NCBI GenBank assembly: GCA_014378615.1
Contig: JACMNI010000047.1
Span: 9,420-73,419 of the forward strand
Source: Candidatus Saccharimonadota bacterium
Lineage (GTDB): Bacteria; Patescibacteriota; Saccharimonadia; Saccharimonadales; UBA4665
DNA: 64,000 nucleotides
Direction: 5' to 3'
The position numbers and the translations under genes were made by a program. Shown here piece after piece: positions 57,043 to 64,000 of this stretch (positions are counted from its first letter, which is position 1; each line of letters starts with the position of its first letter). The notes under the pieces were generated by a model. That model was given only the letters and a program-made list of their open reading frames with translations. It did not search any database and had not been told where the DNA came from.

Positions 57043-58311
57043 ATGCGATTATCTAAATTATTTACTAGTACTACCAAAAACGTACCAGCCGATGAGACCT
57101 CCAAGAATGCCCAACTGCTCATGCAAGCCGGGTTCATTCACAAAGAGATGGCCGGCGTGTACGCCTATTTGCCACTCGGCTTGAAAGTTTTAGAAAACAT
57201 CAAGACAATCGTGCGCGAGGAAATGAATGCTTTAGATTCTAACGAACTCATTATGACTGGCCTGCAACGAAAAGAACTCTGGGAGTCCACCGGGCGTTGG
57301 GACGACAAAGCCGTCGACGTCTGGTTTAAAAGCGAGCTAAAAAACGGCACTCAGGTTGGCTTTGGCTGGTCTCACGAAGAGCCCATCACCAATATGATGA
57401 AAAACTTTGTAACCAGTTACCGCAACCTACCAGCTAGCGTCTACCAATTCCAAACCAAGTTACGTAACGAGCTCCGCGCCAAGAGTGGTATCATGCGCGG
57501 GCGCGAATTTGTTATGAAAGACATGTATATTTTAGCGCGCTCTCAAGCCGAGAACGAAAAGCTCTATAACGATGTTAAAGCCGCCTACCTTCGCGTGTTC
57601 GAGCGCGTAGGTCTGGGCGAGATTACCTATGTGACCGCGGCATCCGGAGGTTCGTTTACTAAGTACAGCCACGAATTCCAGACTATAACTGATGCCGGTG
57701 AAGATGTAATCTATGTTAACCGAGCTGAGAAACTGGCTATTAATGAAGAAGTGTACAACGACGAAGCTTTAGCAGAATTAGGTATAGAAAAAGAGGGATT
57801 AGAAAAGGTCAAGGCCGCTGAAGTCGGTAACATCTTTAATTTTGGAACCGAAAAAAGCGAAAAAATGGATTTCACCTTCGATGACGAGGCCGGCCAGAAA
57901 CAATTTGTCCACCTCAGCTCTTACGGTATCGGCATTACCCGCTTGATGGGTGTTATTGCTGAAGTGTTCGCTGATGATAAAGGGTTAGTATGGCCCGAGA
58001 ATATTGCGCCTGCCAAGGTTTACTTGGCACGTTTGGGCGACAGTGCAGAAGTGGTGGCCCAAGCCGACGAGCTATATAACCGCTTGACTGTTGCGGGGAC
58101 CAGTGTACTATATGATGACCGCGATATTCGTCCGGGACAGAAGTTTGGCGATGCCGATCTTTTAGGAATTCCGCATCGCCTCGTTATCAGCGACAAAACC
58201 ATTGCCGCCGGTACAGTTGAGCTCAAAGCTCGGACGGCTGCCGATGCCGAGCAAGTCACGGTAGAAAAACTAGCCGAAACGCTAGGTATTCCAGCCTCGA
58301 CATTGCTATAA
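57043..58311 (+). CDS. proS: Proline--tRNA ligase, bacterial type without the INS editing domain
   Basis: 422 aa with a bacterial-type N-terminus, motif 2 (LRNELRAKSGIMRGREFVMKDMY) and motif 3 (YGIGITRL). Only about 25 aa lie where the INS domain of about 180 aa normally sits. Confidence 0.92.
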   Translation: MRLSKLFTSTTKNVPADETSKNAQLLMQAGFIHKEMAGVYAYLPLGLKVLENIKTIVREEMNALDSNELIMTGLQRKELWESTGRWDDKAVDVWFKSELKNGTQVGFGWSHEEPITNMMKNFVTSYRNLPASVYQFQTKLRNELRAKSGIMRGREFVMKDMYILARSQAENEKLYNDVKAAYLRVFERVGLGEITYVTAASGGSFTKYSHEFQTITDAGEDVIYVNRAEKLAINEEVYNDEALAELGIEKEGLEKVKAAEVGNIFNFGTEKSEKMDFTFDDEAGQKQFVHLSSYGIGITRLMGVIAEVFADDKGLVWPENIAPAKVYLARLGDSAEVVAQADELYNRLTVAGTSVLYDDRDIRPGQKFGDADLLGIPHRLVISDKTIAAGTVELKARTAADAEQVTVEKLAETLGIPASTLL

Positions 58312-58366
58312 TATCGGTATCTTATCCCAGTACAGAACAGACCGTTGATTTAAAGAGGAGTACCAC

Positions 58367-58825
58367 ATGAGAAAACTGTTTAGACTAACCCAATCGGGCG
58401 TAGATGAATTAAAAGCCGAATACGACCACAATGTGGCTCGACGCACCGATGTTGCCGAAGCTATTCGCAGCGCCCGTGAGCTTGGCGATCTATCCGAGAA
58501 CTCAGAATATCAGAGTGCTCGCGCTGATCAAGAGCGTAATGAAGCCCGCATCAGTGAACTAAATAATATTCTACAAAACGTTGAAATAATCGAGAAGCCA
58601 AAAAGTGGTAGTAAAGTCCAACTTGGCTCTAAAGTTACCTTAAAAGGCGCCAAAGCTAACAAAGAATTTCAAGTTGTTGGCACAGTTGAAGCTAACCCAT
58701 TAGAAGGTAAGATCTCGGACGAATCACCAATTGGCAAAGCGCTGCTTGGTAAAAAAGTAGGCGACAGCGTAGAAATTAAGACGCCAGCCGAAACCGTAAA
58801 TTACGAACTCATCGCTATTAATTAG
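58367..58825 (+). CDS. greA: Transcription elongation factor GreA
   Basis: 152 aa. Coiled-coil region with GDLSENSEYQSARADQ. Confidence 0.94.
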   Translation: MRKLFRLTQSGVDELKAEYDHNVARRTDVAEAIRSARELGDLSENSEYQSARADQERNEARISELNNILQNVEIIEKPKSGSKVQLGSKVTLKGAKANKEFQVVGTVEANPLEGKISDESPIGKALLGKKVGDSVEIKTPAETVNYELIAIN

Positions 58826-58827
58826 TC

Positions 58828-60336
58828 ATGGCAACGCTGAAAGAGCTCCGCGATGAACGACTCCGCAAACTAGCGGACCTGCGAAGCTTGGGCGTCAATC
58901 CGTATCCAGCAAAAGCTACTCGCAGCCACGATTTAAATGCGGTTCATAATGACTTTGTCGCCTTAGAAGGGCAGCCAGTCACCGTCGTAGGGCGAATAAC
59001 CTCTATCCGTAAATTCGGCAAAATTGCTTTTGTTGTGATCAAAGACGAGACCGGTAGTCTGCAGTTATTCTGGGCCCAAAAAGATGAAGCGTCGGCTAAT
59101 CGAGACAATAGCGAACTGCTTATAGCAGACATTTCACTTTTGGATGCCGGTGATTTCATAGAAGCTACTGGCAAAGTTATAAAAACCAAAACTGGCGAAG
59201 AATCGGTCGATATAGGCTCACTTCGTCTGCTCACTAAATCACTGCGCCCCATGCCGACGGCGCAAGATGGCTTTACTAATAAAGAAGAGCGCCTCCGCCG
59301 CCGTTATGTTGATATGAATGTCAATGACGACGTTCGCCAACGCTTTATTCGCCGCAGTAAATTTTGGCAAGCTACGCGTGATATTTTGAATAACAATCAG
59401 TTTACCGAAGTAAACGTTCCGGTCTTAGAACACACGACCGGGGGAGCCGACGCCAACCCCTTCGTGACCCATATGGACGCCCTTGGCCAAGACTTTTATC
59501 TGCGCATTAGCCACGAGCTGCCGCTCAAGCGCTTGCTAGGCGCCGGCTTTGAAAAGGTTTACGATATTGGTCCGCGCTTCCGTAACGAAAATTACAGCGA
59601 CGAACACTTGCCCGAGCACATCGCCATGGAATGGTACTGGGCCTACGCCAATTGGCGCGACGGTATGAAATTTATGACAGACCTTTACCGTTCAGTACTG
59701 CAAACTACCTTTGGTACATTGCAATTTAAACTTGGCCAATTCGATGTTGATCTGGCCAAAGACTGGGAGGAACTAGATTATGTTCAAACTATTAAGGATC
59801 GCTATGATATTGATCCCTTGGATTGTGAAATATCGCAAATCCAGGACGCGTTAAAAGCCAATCATTTAGAGGTTGAAAAAACTGAAAATATTGCTCGCGG
59901 CATAGATAAACTCTGGAAAAATATCCGCAAAGACATTGCCGGCCCAGTATGGTTGGTAAATACGCCGTTATTTATCAGCCCCTTAGCTAAAGTTAACCCG
60001 GATCGCCCCGCTACGACGCAGCGGTTTCAGGCCGTGGTCGCGGGCAGTGAGCTCTGTAACGGCTTTAGCGAGCTCAATGATCCTCAAGAACAGCTACAAC
60101 GCTTTGTCGAGCAGCAACAGATGCGTGACGCCGGTGACGACGAAGCCATGATGCTCGATATTGACTTCATTGAGATGCTCGAATATGGCATGCCACCCGC
60201 TTGTGGCCTCGGCTTCTCTGAGCGCGTCTTCTGGATATTCGAAGGTGTCAGCGCCCGCGAAGGCGTGCCATTCCCACAACTTCGCAGCGAAATCGACGAA
60301 ACCACCAAGACCATCTACCCAACGCTGTATAAATAA
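58828..60336 (+). CDS. lysS: Lysine--tRNA ligase (class II)
   Basis: 502 aa: OB-fold N-domain, FYLRISHELPLKRLL, and YDIGPRFRNE. It starts 2 nt after the greA stop. Confidence 0.96.
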   Translation: MATLKELRDERLRKLADLRSLGVNPYPAKATRSHDLNAVHNDFVALEGQPVTVVGRITSIRKFGKIAFVVIKDETGSLQLFWAQKDEASANRDNSELLIADISLLDAGDFIEATGKVIKTKTGEESVDIGSLRLLTKSLRPMPTAQDGFTNKEERLRRRYVDMNVNDDVRQRFIRRSKFWQATRDILNNNQFTEVNVPVLEHTTGGADANPFVTHMDALGQDFYLRISHELPLKRLLGAGFEKVYDIGPRFRNENYSDEHLPEHIAMEWYWAYANWRDGMKFMTDLYRSVLQTTFGTLQFKLGQFDVDLAKDWEELDYVQTIKDRYDIDPLDCEISQIQDALKANHLEVEKTENIARGIDKLWKNIRKDIAGPVWLVNTPLFISPLAKVNPDRPATTQRFQAVVAGSELCNGFSELNDPQEQLQRFVEQQQMRDAGDDEAMMLDIDFIEMLEYGMPPACGLGFSERVFWIFEGVSAREGVPFPQLRSEIDETTKTIYPTLYK

Positions 60337-60388
60337 CCTCAGCAGTACGCTTGTATATTGTTCTTACTGGGGTTAAAATTGCATCATC

Positions 60389-60985
60389 ATGAGCGCGGAA
60401 AACGTACCATTTCCTCAGCGAGAGTTGACGGGAGCTGAAGTCAAGAATTTCACGCTTATCACCGGCCGCCCGCAACCTAATCGTCAGGACACGATAGCGT
60501 TCCTAAATGGCGGTCTGTATCCAATCAAAAGTAATACTCGCTTGATGTGGCTTATGAATGCAACCATGGTACATACGCTCGCGGATTTAGGTGCAAATAA
60601 CGAAACCGGGCGAAGATTATTCTCGAGTGGAGCATTGCTTACCTCCAGCGTCTACCAGTTTGTTAACGGCGAAACAGACCTACTTATTCATGACTCGGCA
60701 CTAACTGCGTTAGAACAAAGAGAACAAAGAGATCTTATGCTTGATGGCCCACAGCTATTACGTCAACAAGCTGGTGGACTATGTGTACTACTGGAACGCA
60801 TATTGCCCGTGCTCGACCCTGGCGACGAGCTACCAGAACTAGCCTATATAGGAGCAAGCACTGTTCACCAAGTTTTGCTAGAATCACAACGCCTCAACCC
60901 GCCCATAGCACCGGAACTTCACGCCTATGAGGTGGACGAGACCTGGCAGGACCTATCAGCTATATTTAAAAGAGAACTGGGATAA
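60389..60985 (+). CDS. Hypothetical protein (operon gene 1)
   Basis: 198 aa with no recognised motif. Its stop overlaps the next start (TAATG). Confidence 0.55.
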   Translation: MSAENVPFPQRELTGAEVKNFTLITGRPQPNRQDTIAFLNGGLYPIKSNTRLMWLMNATMVHTLADLGANNETGRRLFSSGALLTSSVYQFVNGETDLLIHDSALTALEQREQRDLMLDGPQLLRQQAGGLCVLLERILPVLDPGDELPELAYIGASTVHQVLLESQRLNPPIAPELHAYEVDETWQDLSAIFKRELG

Positions 60986-61596
60986 TGGCCTTTCCCGAAT
61001 CGGAGTCTAACTATAGTTTTGGCGCCCCGCTAACTACCCCGGAGATACTACAAGCAGAATTAATGAGTTGCGATAGCGCCCGACAGTACGTCAATGAGCT
61101 AGTAGCCCAATACATTATGACGCCATCGGAAATTGTGCTAAGGACAGTCAGCGAAACTATTGATAGGGAACGGGCCAAACAATTTTATAGAGGCGGCATA
61201 CTTGGCTTGCGCGCAATCGCTCATGAGCTGGGCGAACCTTACGCCGAAACAGTTATTGGCTCAACTGTTCCTACGGCTACAATACGCAACGACATGACAA
61301 CCGAAGAAAAACGCTCAGTTTTATGGCGCTCTCTGGAGGGCATGGGAGCGGCCGGCTTACGGGCAGAACCAGAATATGAAGACTTTTTGGATATGTGGAA
61401 TAATCACTTAGTCAGCAATTACACTGAAGCTCAACTCTTGCGTCATGGCCTAGGATTCGTACTTTACGTAAGAACGCTTCGCCAAAGCCAACTAAAAGCC
61501 TTAGAGCTCGATGATGACCTGGCTTGCATGGCCGAAGAGCTAATCCAAGCACCCACCACTGACTGGGATGCCGCCCTGGCAGACATAACAGAATAA
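60985..61596 (+). CDS. Hypothetical protein (operon gene 2)
   Basis: 203 aa, acidic, and translationally coupled on both sides. Confidence 0.6.
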   Translation: MAFPESESNYSFGAPLTTPEILQAELMSCDSARQYVNELVAQYIMTPSEIVLRTVSETIDRERAKQFYRGGILGLRAIAHELGEPYAETVIGSTVPTATIRNDMTTEEKRSVLWRSLEGMGAAGLRAEPEYEDFLDMWNNHLVSNYTEAQLLRHGLGFVLYVRTLRQSQLKALELDDDLACMAEELIQAPTTDWDAALADITE

Positions 61597-61598
61597 CT

Positions 61599-61964
61599 AT
61601 GCAATTAGATGATGACCAATTTTCAGCTCTTATAACCGAGGCCCACGACAGTCTGCCTGGCGAACACGTCAATACCCTAAAAAATGTGGCTATTGTGTGG
61701 CAAGATGAACCCACGCCAGAGCAGCGTGTCCAATTAGAACTTCGTAACGACCAAACGTTGTTAGGCCTTTACGAAGGAGTGCCACTCAGCGCCAGGCAGG
61801 GCATGACAACGACGTTGCCAGATAAGATAACGTTATTCAAAGGCCCCATTGAACGCCGTAGCCCAACCCTGGTTGCTCTCAAAGAGCAAATCCGGCACAC
61901 CCTCTGGCACGAGATTGGCCATTACTACGGCCTAAACCACGATCGCATTCGTGAGTTAGAGTAA
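61599..61964 (+). CDS. Minimal zincin-like metallopeptidase-family protein
   Basis: 121 aa with a C-terminal HExxH in LWHEIGHYYGLNHDRIRELE. The size and layout match the small Zincin_1/DUF1025-type family as I recall it. Confidence 0.75.
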   Translation: MQLDDDQFSALITEAHDSLPGEHVNTLKNVAIVWQDEPTPEQRVQLELRNDQTLLGLYEGVPLSARQGMTTTLPDKITLFKGPIERRSPTLVALKEQIRHTLWHEIGHYYGLNHDRIRELE

Positions 61965-62008
61965 ACTAATACATTGTTTAATAATCGATACGGCAGTATT
62001 CTTAGCAA

Positions 62009-62944
62009 ATGAGTGTTCCAGAGCAATTCTCACCAGGTACTCCAGAAACCGCGACGCTGGCCGACAGAATACAATACTGGCAGGATATCTTTGATGCGGT
62101 ACCCGCCGACGAATCAGCCGAATCATTAAGAATTGATGCCCAGGAAGATCTGGATAGATTATGGCCGCATATGTCCCAGCTTTGCGACATTCGCGGCATG
62201 GCTAAACTCGAGGAGTGGAACTACGGTTCTGTTAGTTCTCGCGCGGAATTTATAGACTTTGACACCGCCGAAAGTTTCGGTTTGGTAATTGCCAAAATAG
62301 GTGCCACCGCTACAGAGAAATGGCGAGTCTGTTATGGCTTCGAAAAAATTTACGGGGACGCAATCGATACCCGCACTTATCAAACTTTTTATTTATTGCC
62401 AAAATTAGCGTCTATCAGTCCACATGTAGAAATCGAGAAAATCTTTGAGGGAATTTACCAGCCGCATGACATTTTGTCAGCAAAATCCAGCGAACTAGCA
62501 GAAGAGTTACAAGACCCCGTATTTTTAGGTTTACATAAGGAAGAACAACAGTATGTTATAGAAGAAAGATTGAGTGCTGTAATGCATCTTGTAAACCAGT
62601 GGGGCGGAATAGAAGGACCAATCAATATAGAGGAGGCTACGCGGGCGTATATCCGGGTTGGCGGGGGTGCCTCAGCCGAATTTGAGGAGATAGATATTGA
62701 AGACGTCGAAATTGGCGGAACCTGTCTAGGTCTAGAAGTACTCGCCCGCGCTCGCTTGTTAAACGGTAGAGCAATTGACGACGTCGACCAATTGGTCGAT
62801 AGCGAAGCCGGACTATTCTTGAAAATATTAGTTGACCCCGAAACGGCAAGGGACTGCTATCTTGAAGACTACCAAGATGTGTACATACCCATATCTGGTC
62901 AGCGCCTAGGCGTGTACTTCGCAGAATCGGTAGACGCTGACTAA
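62009..62944 (+). CDS. Hypothetical acidic protein (operon gene 4)
   Basis: 311 aa, Asp/Glu-rich, with no recognised motif. Confidence 0.6.
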   Translation: MSVPEQFSPGTPETATLADRIQYWQDIFDAVPADESAESLRIDAQEDLDRLWPHMSQLCDIRGMAKLEEWNYGSVSSRAEFIDFDTAESFGLVIAKIGATATEKWRVCYGFEKIYGDAIDTRTYQTFYLLPKLASISPHVEIEKIFEGIYQPHDILSAKSSELAEELQDPVFLGLHKEEQQYVIEERLSAVMHLVNQWGGIEGPINIEEATRAYIRVGGGASAEFEEIDIEDVEIGGTCLGLEVLARARLLNGRAIDDVDQLVDSEAGLFLKILVDPETARDCYLEDYQDVYIPISGQRLGVYFAESVDAD

Positions 62945-62974
62945 AGGCGCCCACACTTCATTATAGAAACATAG

Positions 62975-63502
62975 CTATTTTAATTTACTTGCAAATTTTT
63001 GACGTAATTTTTGGATTTTAGGGTCGATTACAGCTAAGCAGTAACCAGAATTTGGGTTGTCGTTATAAAAGTTTTGCATCTCGTCGCCAGCTGGCCAGAA
63101 GACAACTAATGGCACTAGTTCTGTAACTATGTCACCAGGATATAGTGGCGCAGCAAATTCCTTGATCATGCGTTCAGCAATAAGTTTTTGCTCGTCGTCC
63201 GAATAAAGGATTATTGATCTATATTCATCACCCACATCATTTCCTTGGCGATTTAGAGTCGTGGGATCGTGCATCACGAAAAATATCTCTAAGATTTCTT
63301 CGTAGCTAATCTTGGACGCATCAAACGAAAGTTGAACTACTTCGGCATGGCCGGTATCTCCTTCATAGACCCGTTGAGTGGTGGGGCTATCTACGTGACC
63401 ACCACTATAGCCTGACACTACTTTTTCAATACCAACGACTCTTTGAAAAAAAGCCTCGAGACACCAATAACATCCACCACCTAGAGTTGCAATCTGTAAC
63501 AT
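62975..63502 (-). CDS. msrA: Peptide methionine (S)-S-oxide reductase MsrA
   Basis: MLQIATLGGGCYWCLEAFF (GCxWC active site). The ORF-track start at 63610 adds 36 atypical residues and would overlap the divergent HAD gene. Confidence 0.92.
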   Translation of the reverse strand: MLQIATLGGGCYWCLEAFFQRVVGIEKVVSGYSGGHVDSPTTQRVYEGDTGHAEVVQLSFDASKISYEEILEIFFVMHDPTTLNRQGNDVGDEYRSIILYSDDEQKLIAERMIKEFAAPLYPGDIVTELVPLVVFWPAGDEMQNFYNDNPNSGYCLAVIDPKIQKLRQKFASKLK

Positions 63503-63509
63503 ATGGTAA

Positions 63510-63518
63510 ATTATACCA
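63510..63518 (-). promoter_or_regulatory. Extended -10 element TGGTATAAT 7 nt upstream of the msrA ATG (leaderless candidate)
   Basis: Reverse strand reads TGGTATAAT-TTACCAT-ATG. Confidence 0.45.
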
Positions 63519-63551
63519 TTACAGATACCGTGGTTGCTGTACACTAGTACG

Positions 63552-64000
63552 ATGAAGACAGTTATTTTTGATTTCGACGGGACGCTCGTCGACAGCTTTA
63601 AAGTTGCCATTGAGGTCGCCCATGAGCTTACTCACCGCAGCATTTTGGTGCAGCCCGAAGAAATAGTTCGTTTGCGCCAGTTACGATTATTAGATGTCGC
63701 CAAAGAGCTCAAGCTACCGCGTTGGCAGTGGCCCATCTTATTATTTAGAGGCCGTCGCATGATGGCCCGACGCCTCGACGAGGTGCTACCCTTTGCCGAC
63801 ATGCCAACTGTCGTTAAAGATCTGCATGAAAGCGGCTATAAGTTATTGGTAATGAGTTCAAACAGTCAGGTTAACGTCCAGCGCGTCTTAGATGCCCGTA
63901 GTCTTAGCCAATACTTTGGTCATATCAAAGGTGGCATTGGCCTACTTGGCAAGTCAAAAGGGTTGCGCGAACTCATGCAACAAGAAAAACTCGACCTCGC
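63552..64000 (+). CDS. HAD-superfamily hydrolase (phosphoglycolate-phosphatase-like), 3' end outside the window
   Basis: Own translation: MKTVIFDFDGTLVDSFKVAIEVAHEL...LLVMSSNSQVNV...GKSKGL (HAD motifs I, II and III-Lys). The frame stays open to position 64000, and this ORF is not in the ORF track. Confidence 0.8.
   Translation, partial: MKTVIFDFDGTLVDSFKVAIEVAHELTHRSILVQPEEIVRLRQLRLLDVAKELKLPRWQWPILLFRGRRMMARRLDEVLPFADMPTVVKDLHESGYKLLVMSSNSQVNVQRVLDARSLSQYFGHIKGGIGLLGKSKGLRELMQQEKLDL

Noticed and set aside
63503-63610. N-terminal 36-aa extension of MsrA as given in the ORF track. Similar upstream extensions occur for L31 (51519-51536, TTG start), the RseP-like protease (54789-54842), NrdR (3569-3580) and the 733-aa protein (39837-39848).
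   Set aside because: The family-typical N-termini begin at the internal ATGs. The extensions lack SDs, overlap promoters or the divergent HAD gene, or start at TTG. I kept them as alternatives only.
1-64000. Alternative genetic code (UGA recoded as Gly, as in Gracilibacteria/SR1).
   Set aside because: All housekeeping genes translate full length with the standard code, and the 9,224-codon ORF has no in-frame TGA. Recoded lineages would show TGA-fragmented genes under the standard table.

Overview
This is a 64-kb chromosomal segment from a small-genome, monoderm-type bacterium. The gene content points to a Candidate Phyla Radiation / Saccharibacteria-like organism: an LCP transferase, a T-box leader, a class II RNR with NrdR, a Cys-less L31, a ProRS without the INS domain, compact housekeeping operons and many uncharacterised envelope proteins. 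That assignment is inference only, because the window holds no rRNA or tRNA gene. The standard genetic code applies, since long ORFs are not broken by TGA.

Left part: priA (partial, missed by the ORF track), ftsZ, nrdR-nrdJ, a T-box leader with ileS, and rplU.

Centre: one uninterrupted 27,675-nt ORF (11519-39193; 9,224 aa; 43 percent of the window). It encodes a Thr/Gly/Ser/Ala/Asn-rich, charge-poor, hierarchically repetitive fibre protein. It has an N-terminal signal-like segment, about 20 recurrences of three conserved junction modules (two of them led by a Cys pair), perfect 100-113-nt intragenic repeats, and a non-repetitive Cys-bracketed C-terminal tip. Two uncharacterised envelope proteins follow it: a 198-aa membrane-anchored protein and a 733-aa secreted protein with 2+2 duplicated domains. 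Both flanks of this three-gene block are unusually long, AT-rich, A/C-skewed non-coding regions, and each contains a perfect DnaA box.

Right part: convergent parA/parB, lepB, an LCP transferase, htrA, prmC-prfA, rpmE, rpsB-tsf-frr, RseP-like and CPBP proteases, proS, greA-lysS, a four-gene uncharacterised operon with a minimal zincin, msrA, and a partial HAD hydrolase.

I saw no mobile elements, CRISPR arrays, rRNA genes or tRNA genes. The antisense ORFs inside the giant gene are compositional shadows.
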